A program made the position numbers and the translations under genes. Of a DNA stretch of 64,000 bases, positions 43,825 through 53,704 are shown piece after piece; within the stretch, counting starts at the first letter, position 1, and each line of letters begins with the position of its first letter. The stretch spans positions 35,677-99,676 of the IMG/VR virus record IMGVR_UViG_3300045988_183236; one strand, written 5' to 3'. The DNA comes from a virus. The notes beneath the pieces are model-generated. The model did not search any database. It was not told the DNA's origin and saw nothing but the letters and a program-made list of their open reading frames with translations.

Positions 43825-44433
43825 TTAATATTCAGTGCAGAGAACCGTCAAAAGGCTGGAGAAGTAGTACATTGCGATGGTCGTGATTTTCACAGCATCG
43901 CTTCCCTGCCCGTTTGCAAGGCGCGTAAAGGTGCCGCCATTCTTGAGTCGGGTCATGGTCAGGTACATGAGCATATAGGCGTTCACATAGACGTCTGTAT
44001 ATCGCTGACCGTCATCCTCATAGCGCTGCGGGATACATTCCTGACTCAACATTTCAATGAGCTGATACCAGGATTTCAGATACAGAGGGCTCTTCGGTTC
44101 ATTCAGAGCATTCTGAGCCTGCTTCTGGTATTCTTTCAGAGTTTCATCAGTCAGGGGCATGAACTCGACGTTTGCAAATTTGTCACGGTTGTAGTAGAGC
44201 CACAGCGTGGCATTGGACAGGTCCATGCAGATACCGGCAAGCTTCTCTGCCTTATCGTCTTCCAGCTGAGTTACCGGAACACTAGGGTCATTGATTTCGG
44301 CATCTTCAGAAGTCATGTCCACAATCCTGTAGCTGTTCTCTTCTGCCCGAATTTCAGAACTGACGAAGCGCTTGAAATCTTCAACGAGCTTCCGATAAGC
44401 TTCGAGCTGAGCATTTTCTTTCTGTTCACTCAT
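43825..44433 (-). CDS. hypothetical protein
   Basis: Start MSEQKEN. Confidence 0.45.
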   Translation of the reverse strand: MSEQKENAQLEAYRKLVEDFKRFVSSEIRAEENSYRIVDMTSEDAEINDPSVPVTQLEDDKAEKLAGICMDLSNATLWLYYNRDKFANVEFMPLTDETLKEYQKQAQNALNEPKSPLYLKSWYQLIEMLSQECIPQRYEDDGQRYTDVYVNAYMLMYLTMTRLKNGGTFTRLANGQGSDAVKITTIAMYYFSSLLTVLCTEY

Positions 44434-44628
44434 AATGTGTATCTCCCTTTTGGATTTCTTATTATATGGATATTGCACTTTTTTGCAAGGGCTTTTAACC
44501 CAAGCACCTTTTTTGGCTGTTTGTCAATACCCGCAGAATATCAAAGTGTTGTTAAAGTTCAGGTGAAAAAACGTTCTGGAACCAACAAACCCGGGACTCC
44601 CGCCTCTTGCATTTGTTTACCGCCTTTT

Positions 44629-45336
44629 TCAGCCTGCGTTCTGGCTGTTCTTCTTGACATCGGCTGCAACCTTCAAGCGGCGTATGTACTCTTCCAGTTC
44701 CTCCAGTGTATAGGTCTCTTCCGTCTCAATCGGCTCTTTGGCATCTTTGGGCAGATAGCTTTTCGTACAGACAAACTCAGGGTTCGTTACAGGGCAGTCC
44801 AGGACAGTTTCATCGTACAACTCTTTCTCGATGTTGTGGTAGAGAAAGAACGGGATATGCCGCCCGCAATCGTCATCCGATTCTGTCCAATCCGGGAGTT
44901 CCTGGATTTCGCGGCCGTATGTTTCATACAATACCGTGTTTGCCCGAGCATTGCCAAGCAGGGTATTGTACAGCTTGAAGTTTTCCCTCACTTCACGGCG
45001 AAAGAACTTCGGGAGCGAGAACTCCTCGTATTCCAGCTTCGTATCAGAACGTAGATAGTAGCGGTACTGCGCCTCGACCGGCATGAATTCAGTCGTGTTG
45101 TTCAGCTCTTTCAAAGCGTTGAGTCGTTCACTCGTTTTTTTGACATTATGTCTTGCAAAGCCCAGATACGCTGAAACCAGAATCATCAGAAGAAGAGCTG
45201 CAAGGATAATGACAATGAGCCATTCCTCGCCTTCCATATGCGGCAGGTGTTTCAGAATACTATCCTGGATAGCATAAGGAAGGTCATCGAACCATTCATA
45301 GAACCCAATCGGGTCCTGATAAGTATGGGGAGCCAT
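44629..45336 (-). CDS. hypothetical membrane-anchored protein
   Basis: 235 aa, one TM segment (WLIVIILAALLLMILVSAYLGF). Confidence 0.45.
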   Translation of the reverse strand: MAPHTYQDPIGFYEWFDDLPYAIQDSILKHLPHMEGEEWLIVIILAALLLMILVSAYLGFARHNVKKTSERLNALKELNNTTEFMPVEAQYRYYLRSDTKLEYEEFSLPKFFRREVRENFKLYNTLLGNARANTVLYETYGREIQELPDWTESDDDCGRHIPFFLYHNIEKELYDETVLDCPVTNPEFVCTKSYLPKDAKEPIETEETYTLEELEEYIRRLKVAADVKKNSQNAG

Positions 45337-45354
45337 GATTCACCCTCACCGCCA

Positions 45355-46242
45355 TCAGTAAATAAACTTGCATTCCCGGCGTTCCCGGCCATTGCCGCAC
45401 CAGTAATGCCGCCAGCGGGGAGTTTTGCCTTCCCCATTCTTTTTGTATTCTTTGGCCGCATTCTCACCAACGGTATACGGTTTAATGTTGATGCGTTGTG
45501 CTTTTCCCTGGAATACAAAAACCGGGCGGTCACGCTTCTTGGAAGTTTCCAAGCGGACATCAGGGTTCTTACTGGCAAGATAGTAGGCACACAGGATTGC
45601 CAGGCGAACATAAGGTGTGCCGCCGTCAAAGACCGAAGGAACTGCTTCCATCACAGCCGGTACGCTGATACCATTTACCTGCCGCTGCCCGGCTGCCTTT
45701 TCCAGGTATTCTTTCGTGCTCCGAGTTGCTTCCGTCAAACTCTGGTTTTCTTTGGCCCAGGCAGGCAGAGTCAGGAACGTGAAATCATCATGGCTGCCTT
45801 TGGCCGGGCCGACAAGAACGATGCCGAAAGCAGTGGTCTTCTCTTTCTCTTCGAATTCCACATGCACGAACATACCGTTGTAGTCGTAGCTGTCATACAC
45901 CGGGATAAAGAAATCACGAATCGGAAGCCGCTGCAGGATATCCTGATGAATCGCCATGTCATCCGTATCCATAAGAATTTTCTGGAACTCGTAGTCAAAA
46001 TCATAGACCGTCTTCGTCTGGTTCCAGCAGCCGATGGTGAAGCAGGGGAAAATCTGTGCAGCAAGGACACGCTCGAAACCCGGCGTGTTCATTTTCTGCG
46101 CTGCCGTCACACAGCAAAGCGTTGAAGATTTGTTGTACTCTTGCAGAGTCTTCCCACACGGGTCACTGAACCCAAAATGGTTACGGGTCTGTTTGGTAAC
46201 GGCATTCGCCGTCAATGCGATTCTCAGCTGTTCCTTGGTCAT
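45355..46242 (-). CDS. hypothetical protein (intact paralog of IS-disrupted gene at 10597-12636)
   Basis: 295 aa; homology to 12296-12636 fragment. Confidence 0.5.
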   Translation of the reverse strand: MTKEQLRIALTANAVTKQTRNHFGFSDPCGKTLQEYNKSSTLCCVTAAQKMNTPGFERVLAAQIFPCFTIGCWNQTKTVYDFDYEFQKILMDTDDMAIHQDILQRLPIRDFFIPVYDSYDYNGMFVHVEFEEKEKTTAFGIVLVGPAKGSHDDFTFLTLPAWAKENQSLTEATRSTKEYLEKAAGQRQVNGISVPAVMEAVPSVFDGGTPYVRLAILCAYYLASKNPDVRLETSKKRDRPVFVFQGKAQRINIKPYTVGENAAKEYKKNGEGKTPRWRHYWCGNGRERRECKFIY

Positions 46243-46835
46243 TTGCTATCCTCCAAAAGTTTATTTTTTGTCATATGCAAACAGCGCTGAACCATGCCGA
46301 TGGTGAATTTTCGAGTCGTTAGCACTGTCATGAGCTTTCCTTCATTGCCCTTGATGGTTCGTTCCAGAATGTTCCAGGATTCGCTTTCGGGCTTGACATT
46401 GGTATATAAGTCCAGCGGAACATACAACCACGCGATTTCACTGTCCCGCATCACGGCATAGGATTGCAGGATTTTATCAATTGCCTCTACGCCGACCTTC
46501 CAGCTGGTGATTATGGTCCGGCTGATATCGTATACAATCAGGTGCGGTGCTTCATTTGCTTCCGTATCAACTTCAATGACATGAGCAATATACGGTTTCC
46601 CGTCCACCAGCTTATACCGATAAATAATGGACGGAATTTTCTCTCGAATCAATCTGTCATGTTCAAGCGCCAAGTCCGCGTACTCGCCCGTTGCATCAAT
46701 GATGATGACTCGTCCCTGACAGGTCCTCAGTGTCGCTCTAATTTGCTTGCGGCACCAGGCGAAGCAGCTCTCTTTGTATTCTGTTGAGACAAGAAAAAAG
46801 TTATTACCAGGTGTTATGATAGGTTCGTAGCTCAT
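46239..46835 (-). CDS. hypothetical protein
   Basis: 198 aa; start overlaps stop of upstream gene; promoter 46872-46899. Confidence 0.45.
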   Translation of the reverse strand: MSYEPIITPGNNFFLVSTEYKESCFAWCRKQIRATLRTCQGRVIIIDATGEYADLALEHDRLIREKIPSIIYRYKLVDGKPYIAHVIEVDTEANEAPHLIVYDISRTIITSWKVGVEAIDKILQSYAVMRDSEIAWLYVPLDLYTNVKPESESWNILERTIKGNEGKLMTVLTTRKFTIGMVQRCLHMTKNKLLEDSK

Positions 46836-46871
46836 TGTGTAACCTCAGCTTTTGTACTTCATCTGTTCTTA

Positions 46872-46899
46872 ATTGTCTGCGATTCGCACAGTTTCGCAA
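46872..46899 (-). promoter_or_regulatory. TGTGCGAAT-class promoter
   Basis: RC TTGCGA-aac-TGTGCGAAT-cgca-GACAAT. Confidence 0.5.
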
Positions 46900-46932
46900 C
46901 ATGATATTGTCTGTGAATGCCAGGCGTTGGAA

Positions 46933-47571
46933 TTACAACCCCTTGATGAAGTTCGGGTCATAGTGAGACAGGACATCCTCATTCAGGCAGTACTCGCACT
47001 TAATAGTTGTCGCGTCATTCGTATACACGCCGCGGTTTGCGTAGTATATCCCATCGATATAAATGGCGAACACGACGGACGGCATCAGTGCCTTTTCATT
47101 CACTGCGTAAATCAGGTATTCATCCAGATTATCCTTGACCACCGCGCTCTTATTGATTTGGGCGATTTGCTGTCCGCAAAGGAATACAGGGCAGCATACT
47201 CCTTCTTTTCCAAAACCAATTTTGTAGCTCTGGTATTCCTCGCCATACAGCTGCATGGTGATAGAATTGTATCCTTGGAGGAATCCGGTTTTTGTATGGA
47301 TGACGGAAATCTCGCCTACCGTGCGGTTGTTCTCACAGATAGCAAAAGGGTGTCTCAGAATATCTTTCGTGTTGATGCCGCGCATGTACGCCCTTGCGTC
47401 ACCAGCTGGCATGTATTGCAGCAGGAACTTGGAATCATTCAGCCGGATGCCATAACCTTGCCGCAGCACTTTCGGAATATAGTGTGCCTGCCCGATAACG
47501 GCCTTGCCTTTCACGATATCGAAGGTGAACTCATATCCTTTCGATTTGGTTTGCTTAACAATCCATTGCAA
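46933..47571 (-). CDS. hypothetical protein
   Basis: 212 aa. Confidence 0.45.
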   Translation of the reverse strand: MQWIVKQTKSKGYEFTFDIVKGKAVIGQAHYIPKVLRQGYGIRLNDSKFLLQYMPAGDARAYMRGINTKDILRHPFAICENNRTVGEISVIHTKTGFLQGYNSITMQLYGEEYQSYKIGFGKEGVCCPVFLCGQQIAQINKSAVVKDNLDEYLIYAVNEKALMPSVVFAIYIDGIYYANRGVYTNDATTIKCEYCLNEDVLSHYDPNFIKGL

Positions 47572-47999
47572 AACTCCATCGCCTCCTTTTGCCTTCTCAC
47601 TCGCTGGATAACCTTGTAAATACCAGGAACCGAGAGCTGATACTTTTCGGATAGTTTCTGCACCGGCACGCCACTCTCGTATTCTCGAAAGATATTCTCG
47701 TTGCGCGGTCTTTGTCTAATTTTGATGCGCTCGTTTCTGCGGTTTTCAGTCAGGCCCGCATCGTTGGCAACCATGCCGCAATATCCTTCTGTCACGTTGA
47801 ATTTCGCAATCATTTCCTTGAGAGGGACACTGTTCTTGTATGCCGCAAGGATTTCAGCTTTTCTGGCATCCTCAACCTGTGCCAGCTGAATTCTGGCCTC
47901 CTGTTTCGCGTCGTCTAACGCTCGATAGCATGTACGGACGCTCAACCTGTATTTTGCGGCAAGCTCCTCAATGGAATAGCCGTTGCCGTAGTCTTTCAT
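47511..47999 (-). CDS. tandem HTH-repeat DNA-binding protein (3 HTH units); N-terminus uncertain
   Basis: YSIEELAAKYRLSVRTCYRAL, VPLKEMIAKFNVTEGYCGMV, VPVQKLSEKYQLSVPGIYKVI; annotated ATG at 48110 lies inside promoter 48083-48110, so start is further downstream (ATG 47999 or non-ATG near 48050). Confidence 0.5.
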   Translation of the reverse strand: MKDYGNGYSIEELAAKYRLSVRTCYRALDDAKQEARIQLAQVEDARKAEILAAYKNSVPLKEMIAKFNVTEGYCGMVANDAGLTENRRNERIKIRQRPRNENIFREYESGVPVQKLSEKYQLSVPGIYKVIQRVRRQKEAMEFCNGLLSKPNRKDMSSPSIS

Positions 48000-48082
48000 G
48001 ATATTGCAATTTCGCTCAATCAACTTTTTGCTTGCAAATTTTGAGATGGTACTCAGCTCCTTTGCTTTACGCTTTATTTCTG

Positions 48083-48110
48083 ATTGTCTGCAATTCGCAC
48101 AAATGGGCAA
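48083..48110 (-). promoter_or_regulatory. TGTGCGAAT-class promoter
   Basis: RC TTGCCC-att-TGTGCGAAT-tgca-GACAAT. Confidence 0.5.
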
Positions 48111-48161
48111 CTATTTTTGCGAAATAAGAAGGCAGGCTCCGAAAAGAACCTGCCATGCATA

Positions 48162-49103
48162 TTAGAGGTTAAAGATGCCCAGCCAGCGCCGAAACTTGAT
48201 GCCGAACAATTTCTGTGCCTGCTCGTAGTTCATGATAAGCTGGTTGCCGCCAGAAATCTCTGCTTCGAGGGAGTTCGGCAGCTCATCTGCAATGTATTTC
48301 AGTTCGTACCACGGTCCATCCGGCGGATAGGAGTAAATGAGCCTGTTCTGCTTCTTATCGACCCGGAACTTGCTCGGGTCAGCCTGCCATGCCAGTTCGA
48401 TTTTTTCAATTGCAGCACGACCAATGCTCTCATCACCCATATAGTCGTTATAGTACAGGATACGCACATAGTCCGGCAAATCGATTCCGCATGCCTCGAA
48501 GATATCTGCAATGACACTAGACGAAGCGTGGAAGATATCCGGGAAGTATTCCTTGCCATTCGCATTTTCACGCATTTCCGTCGTCATCTCATCGATGCAA
48601 ACAAGCATTCGGCGGACATATTCGCCATAGAACGCGGTTGTCAGCTCCGACATACTCTCATTCACACGCTTCGAGTTCTTGGCACCGCGCTCGTTGTCGA
48701 TTTTAGCACCAATTCGACAGATGATAGCACGTTTCGAGAGGTCTTTTGTCAGCGAGGTAATTTTATTCGATGTGATAGATACAGCAGGATAGTTCACGAG
48801 CCTGTCCGAGATACCCCATTCATCGTTCTTGATTACCCGTTCTGAATGGTTCTGAAACTGGGTCTTGGCGAGGTCGTCGATGTTCAGCGGCAGTCCCTCA
48901 CAAACTCGTTTGAGGCCGTCGATTCTTGTGGCTGTGAAATCCTCCGTCGTGTTCATCTTAACGGTCTCACCGCACATGAGTTTGACAAGAAATTTTATAA
49001 AGGTCGTCTTGCCGCCGTTTGAGTCGCCGTATATAACGCCGTACATCGGGAACAGCTTCGTATCGTAGTTGTTCCTCGATGCGAAATACCGCAGATACGC
49101 CAT
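48162..49103 (-). CDS. D5/P4-primase C-terminal-like (SF3-type) P-loop NTPase
   Basis: YGVIYGDSNGGKTTFIKFLVKLMCGE matches lyGpGgnGKStf of P4/D5 family; overlaps upstream ORF by ~137 nt in another frame. Confidence 0.55.
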   Translation of the reverse strand: MAYLRYFASRNNYDTKLFPMYGVIYGDSNGGKTTFIKFLVKLMCGETVKMNTTEDFTATRIDGLKRVCEGLPLNIDDLAKTQFQNHSERVIKNDEWGISDRLVNYPAVSITSNKITSLTKDLSKRAIICRIGAKIDNERGAKNSKRVNESMSELTTAFYGEYVRRMLVCIDEMTTEMRENANGKEYFPDIFHASSSVIADIFEACGIDLPDYVRILYYNDYMGDESIGRAAIEKIELAWQADPSKFRVDKKQNRLIYSYPPDGPWYELKYIADELPNSLEAEISGGNQLIMNYEQAQKLFGIKFRRWLGIFNL

Positions 49104-50328
49104 GAACGGAGTAGCCAGATACCAAGGTCATGTACTTGAAGTAGTCCTTCTTGGCCTGTTCGACATCGCCGTAAAAGTAGTCCATGCCTGAGAAGAACTT
49201 CTGGATGCTCTTGATGTTCTTTGCCACCTCGCTGAGATTCGGATTGAGGTCGATATTCTCGTCGTTGAAGGTCATGGTCCCGGCATCATAGTCGATATGT
49301 AATTTCGGGAGCTGCTTAACTGCCTCAGCTGCCACACGCCGCACCTCGGTATATCGTTTCCCGAAAACGCGCATCGGTTCCGCTGCCACTACAATACGAT
49401 TCGCCTGTACCGGCATCTTAGGCATGATTGGCTTGACGAGTTCCTGCATTTTCTTGACATCGGCAACTATCTCGTATTCGACCTCATCCTCAGGCTGTGC
49501 CTGTTCCAGAAAGACAAGCTTCTGCTTTTCAATAGACTGAAAGACGGGCACTTCTTTGATGTTCTCTTTCAGATAATCTTCCTGGTTCATGGTGTTCACG
49601 ACTGCCTTATAGGAGACATTGTCGGAGCAGGTTTCCTTGAAGGTCTCGAACAGAACCTTGTAATGCGAAAATGCCGCCTCGTCATCGAAGCAGACGATAT
49701 TCTCTCGCTGAATGCCGCAAAACGCCGATGCCGACATATTCGCACTGCCGGTGATGACTCGGACACGCTTATGGTCAGTGCTCTCCAAGATATAGATTTT
49801 CTCGTGCGATTTCGTGTCCCGCGATACATACAGCTGCAAGGACCCGTCATCGAGGCGGTTCGCAAGGTTCCCTGCCGACTTAGACTTAGCGAGCCGCTGC
49901 ACGCTGTCGATTTGCACCGACATGATGGCAGCAATGTCGTTGGCGATGATTTTCTCGCATCCGAACACGACTTCCGCATACGAGAACTTGTTGATGACCT
50001 TATTCACGAACTCGATACCGGACGAAAAAGTGATAGCATAGAGTCTGTCGAACCCGTCAAACAACTCTTCCCAATTCGTTTCGACCGTATCAGCATATAC
50101 CGCCTTCACAACATTCAGCGCCTGCGTGGAGATGCTCACCTTTGCCTTCGTGGTCTTGTTCGCCACGAGTTTGAAGGGCTTATCCGTCTGCCCTTCACTG
50201 TCCCCCATGTCCTCGCCGGGGTCCAAGAGTTCTTCCGGGCCTTCTTCGGTATATTCGGGGCTTTCCGATGCCATCATGTCCATGAGCGACATCTGATTTT
50301 CCAAGTCGTTTGTTTTCCTTCTTGCCAT
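48967..50328 (-). CDS. hypothetical protein, possible primase-like or HKD/PLD-like domain; C-terminus overlaps NTPase gene
   Basis: 453 aa; HEKIYILESTDHKRVRVITGSANMS loosely resembles HxK(x)4D...GSxN; acidic N-terminus. Confidence 0.45.
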   Translation of the reverse strand: MARRKTNDLENQMSLMDMMASESPEYTEEGPEELLDPGEDMGDSEGQTDKPFKLVANKTTKAKVSISTQALNVVKAVYADTVETNWEELFDGFDRLYAITFSSGIEFVNKVINKFSYAEVVFGCEKIIANDIAAIMSVQIDSVQRLAKSKSAGNLANRLDDGSLQLYVSRDTKSHEKIYILESTDHKRVRVITGSANMSASAFCGIQRENIVCFDDEAAFSHYKVLFETFKETCSDNVSYKAVVNTMNQEDYLKENIKEVPVFQSIEKQKLVFLEQAQPEDEVEYEIVADVKKMQELVKPIMPKMPVQANRIVVAAEPMRVFGKRYTEVRRVAAEAVKQLPKLHIDYDAGTMTFNDENIDLNPNLSEVAKNIKSIQKFFSGMDYFYGDVEQAKKDYFKYMTLVSGYSVHGVSAVFRIEEQLRYEAVPDVRRYIRRLKRRQDDLYKISCQTHVR

Positions 50329-50670
50329 TTTGTATCTATCCTTCCTAAACAGATTTGGGTCATTTGTTGGTTTGGGTATAAAAGCGAGCGGTTACTTTTT
50401 AGCAACCAATTATTCATTCATGGTTTTTGTTTTTTCGGTTAAATCTGATTTTAGGTATTCCTAGTTTCATTTTACCACTTTAGCTGTCCCATTGTCCGGA
50501 CTTTAAACTACTCGGCACAAGTATTATCCGCCTCAGCCGGATTTCATTCATCTTTTCTTGTATTCTCTTCGCGTTTCGTTTAATTTCGTGTTGTTTCGCG
50601 AATACCAAAAACAGCCGCTATATTTATTACAAATACATCCTTGCATCGCTTTTTTTGTTCTCCAATTCCC

Positions 50671-50698
50671 ATTGTATGCAATTTGCACGGCTGTGCAA
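50671..50698 (-). promoter_or_regulatory. TGTGCAAAT-class promoter
   Basis: RC TTGCAC-agc-CGTGCAAAT-tgca-TACAAT. Confidence 0.5.
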
Positions 50699-50767
50699 CT
50701 GCCCACAGAGTATCAAACTGCTGGTAAAATCGGCTCGCTTCGCCACTGAATCGCTGGATTCACAAAA

Positions 50768-50812
50768 CAAAAAGCCGTCCACCCAAAAAGATGAACGGCA
50801 TATATTTTTGCA
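50768..50812 (-). terminator. rho-independent terminator
   Basis: RC GCCGU-ucaucuuuuugggugg-ACGGC + UUUUUGUUUUG. Confidence 0.55.
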
Positions 50813-50936
50813 GGATGGTTATGCTTGCGCTGCTTCTGTTTTTTCTGCCATTGTACAAGGCGGCGACCATATCGACCGCCTCATCCATCGAGTGGCACTG
50901 GTAGCTGACGGCCGTGCCGCTTCCGACCAGCATGTT

Positions 50937-51000
50937 CCCGCTGCTCGCCGCGTGGAGGCTGTCTTTTGGAGCAGCTGCGCGGACAAAACCGCGCTTTTGA
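50937..51000. other. conserved hairpin motif, instance 3 (core GCCGCGTGGAGGC) plus GC hairpin/T-run
   Basis: GCTGCTC-GCCGCGTGGAGGCtgtcttttg-GAGCAGC then GCGCGG-acaaaa-CCGCGC-TTTTGAG; lies just 3' of vWA gene on opposite strand. Confidence 0.4.
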
Positions 51001-51001
51001 G

Positions 51002-52696
51002 TTACATCTCTGCGTTAAACAGGTTGCGGAGCTTGTAGGTGATATCCTCGCTGTTGCCGACGATAGCTGCCGCTTCGTTGATGGAAGCGAGCTCCGAAAG
51101 ACTATCCGCTGCGTAGTTGTAGCTGATGGTGTAAATGGGGATATCCATACCGGCAATGATGTTTTTCGTATCGGAGAAGCCATATCCGGTATTGTTGTCA
51201 CCATCCGTGAGCACAAAGATGATGGGCGTGCAATTCCCACCCAGTTCCTGAGATTTCTGGTAGATGCGGTCCATAGCAACGCAAAGACCGTTGTACATTG
51301 CGGTGCTGCCGTTCGCATCGAGGGAGTTCACGGCACCCTTATACAGAGTTTTCTGGGTCAGAGAGAACTGGTCAATGGGCAGGTATTCCCTGACATCTGA
51401 ATCAAAGCCAATGATGCCGATATAGTTGTCGTCATTGATATACTGGATGGTGTTTATCATCGCGGTTTTCAGGGCATTCAGGGGTTCGCCGCGCATCGAG
51501 CCGGAAGTATCGACAACGAACTCTGCCACAATAGGAATGCCGGAATCCTTCTCTTCTTTCCAGACACTCTGAGCCTGTGCGATGGTGTTGCCGTCGTATG
51601 CCTTGCCTGTATAAGCATAGTCATCGAGACCATTGAACCCGTCCTTCGTCGCCTCTGCCTGGTTCTGAGCGCAGAAGGAAACGAAGGCAGCAATAACTTC
51701 CTTCTTCTCCGCAGAGACATTCCCGATGGAATACAGAGGATTATCGTGCCGTACACCGAACGGGATGAATTCGTAGTTGCGCTGCAAGGTTGGGTCATTC
51801 TGATAAGACTGGTACTCCATCACGACACCGTCCACGATACCCTTGTCAGCCGACTGGACCATCTGCTGGGTCGTGAAGGATACGAGAGGGACGTTCGCTT
51901 GAAATTTCTGGAAATTCTCAACAGCAGCCGTATCGACAATCGTATCGCTGCCGCTGCTTGCCAATGCAGCAAGCAGGAAGTTAAGACCAGTTGCGCTGGT
52001 ATATGGGTTGGAATACCCCATCATGAGTTTGCCATCGATGGTTGCGTTCAGAACGGAAGAAACAGACGCTTCACCGTATTCAGAGCGAAGCATATCCCCT
52101 GTCTTCTTTGATACGAGAATACCCGCCACATTGCCGACCAGACGGTCAGCCTCAACGGTCAATTCTACGCCCTCGTTCTTCACCAGCTCGCCAAAGAGCG
52201 TATTTGAGGGGGTATAGCACTCGGGCTGATACTTTCCCGTCGAGATGTACTCAGCCGCCGTACCGGACGGAATGGAGCGCAGGGAGACACTCATAGTCTT
52301 GTCTCCGGAAGTCTTGTTGTGCTGGGCGTTGAACTTTTTTGCCATGCTTGTCAGGAAAGAATCGGAGCCGGATTCTGCTGCTTTCTCGCCAGAGGAAAAG
52401 ATTTCGATGTTCACATCTCCGTTTCCTACGACCACGAATGGGTAGGAGGATTCAATGTCGGGCAGTTCATCCTTTGCATCAAGGAATTCAGAGACATCCA
52501 GCTGCTGAGGATTGACCTTGACCTCCTGCACGCCGATGCGCTTCATCTTGCTGCTCAAGTTGGCATATGCCTGCTCGGACGTCATTGTACTAATGCTGAC
52601 GTTTGAGTCCCTCATCACCGTCATCGAAAATACTCCGAGAACAACGCCTACCACAGCAATGGTTGCAACTACAGGGAAAATGTTCTTTTTTGTCAC
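51002..52696 (-). CDS. membrane-anchored von Willebrand factor A (vWA) domain protein with N-terminal extracytoplasmic domain
   Basis: N-terminal TM; C-terminal VVDTSGSMRGEPL...STAM...IIFVLTDGDNN (MIDAS DxSxS...T...D). Confidence 0.65.
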   Translation of the reverse strand: MTKKNIFPVVATIAVVGVVLGVFSMTVMRDSNVSISTMTSEQAYANLSSKMKRIGVQEVKVNPQQLDVSEFLDAKDELPDIESSYPFVVVGNGDVNIEIFSSGEKAAESGSDSFLTSMAKKFNAQHNKTSGDKTMSVSLRSIPSGTAAEYISTGKYQPECYTPSNTLFGELVKNEGVELTVEADRLVGNVAGILVSKKTGDMLRSEYGEASVSSVLNATIDGKLMMGYSNPYTSATGLNFLLAALASSGSDTIVDTAAVENFQKFQANVPLVSFTTQQMVQSADKGIVDGVVMEYQSYQNDPTLQRNYEFIPFGVRHDNPLYSIGNVSAEKKEVIAAFVSFCAQNQAEATKDGFNGLDDYAYTGKAYDGNTIAQAQSVWKEEKDSGIPIVAEFVVDTSGSMRGEPLNALKTAMINTIQYINDDNYIGIIGFDSDVREYLPIDQFSLTQKTLYKGAVNSLDANGSTAMYNGLCVAMDRIYQKSQELGGNCTPIIFVLTDGDNNTGYGFSDTKNIIAGMDIPIYTISYNYAADSLSELASINEAAAIVGNSEDITYKLRNLFNAEM

Positions 52697-52697
52697 G

Positions 52698-53543
52698 TTA
52701 AATTTCTCCTTTCAAGTTGTTATATCGTTTCATAGCCTCACGACTGATATCTTCATCCTGTTCAATATCCTGCGTCGTCTTGTTAATGACAGCATCGAGC
52801 TTTGACATTGCGAGGACAACCTCTGTATCCCACGGATTCTGGGCAGAACGTTGGTTCAGAGCGTATGCTAAAGAATCTAATCGGAGGATTAAGCGTTCAT
52901 TGTCATGAACTACTTTATCCACGGTACTTACGATACCATTGTAGATTTCTTTCTTTTTCTGCGCTTCTTCTTTGTTTCCAAACGAGATAGAGCCTTGACA
53001 GAAAGCCTTGTATTCCGTTTCATCAAACATTGAAGCCGAGCGAATCGCGTCATCCAGTCGGTCATAGAAGATACGTTCTGCGGATTCCAATAACGTTAGG
53101 CACTTGGCTTGTTCCCCGGATGTCTTGCTATCCTGGGTCATGCTGTAGGCAACGGCCATTTTTTGCCCGAAGCGCCGTACCTGATACAGCATTTGGTCAG
53201 CCTGCTCTGAGAAGACGCTTTTTGTCTTTACTGCCGTTTGAATTTTGTTGGTATACAGCTCTTCTTTGCTTGTAGGCCGTTCAGATGCAGCAGAAGCCGC
53301 AGCTTTCTGCTTTTTGAGGAATTTGCGATATGCAATGTAGGCGCAGAGCAGCAGGAACAGGACTGGCGTGCCATATTTCGCAAGGAGGATAAGGAACAGC
53401 GATGTTCCGTGCATGTATTCGATAGTGTAATAGGTGCTGATATAGGTTTCGACCATGTAGACTATAGCCGCTGCTATGATAATCAAACTCACGCCGAGCA
53501 TTAACTTCACCTCTTCGGTTTCAATCGATTTGATACAAAGCAT
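52698..53543 (-). CDS. membrane protein with C-terminal coiled-coil region
   Basis: Two N-terminal TM helices; 1-nt gap to vWA gene. Confidence 0.5.
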   Translation of the reverse strand: MLCIKSIETEEVKLMLGVSLIIIAAAIVYMVETYISTYYTIEYMHGTSLFLILLAKYGTPVLFLLLCAYIAYRKFLKKQKAAASAASERPTSKEELYTNKIQTAVKTKSVFSEQADQMLYQVRRFGQKMAVAYSMTQDSKTSGEQAKCLTLLESAERIFYDRLDDAIRSASMFDETEYKAFCQGSISFGNKEEAQKKKEIYNGIVSTVDKVVHDNERLILRLDSLAYALNQRSAQNPWDTEVVLAMSKLDAVINKTTQDIEQDEDISREAMKRYNNLKGEI

Positions 53544-53564
53544 CTTTTGTTTTTAATTATCTTC

Positions 53565-53592
53565 AATTCGCACAATTCAGCAACAAAGCCTT
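53565..53592 (-). promoter_or_regulatory. TGTGCGAAT-class promoter
   Basis: RC TTGCTG-aat-TGTGCGAAT-tgaa-GATAAT. Confidence 0.5.
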
Positions 53593-53704
53593 AACATGCA
53601 AAAAAGACAGTCACCCAAATTGGATGGCTACCATGAACTTTTCGTTTGCGTCACAACAGAAAAAAAGGATGGCTCTTTCGAGTCACCCTCTTTTCATGTT
53701 GTCT

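Noticed and set aside
50966-51400. 144-aa plus ORF beginning with TTG
   Set aside because: Non-ATG start, overlaps hairpin motif and is antisense to the vWA gene.
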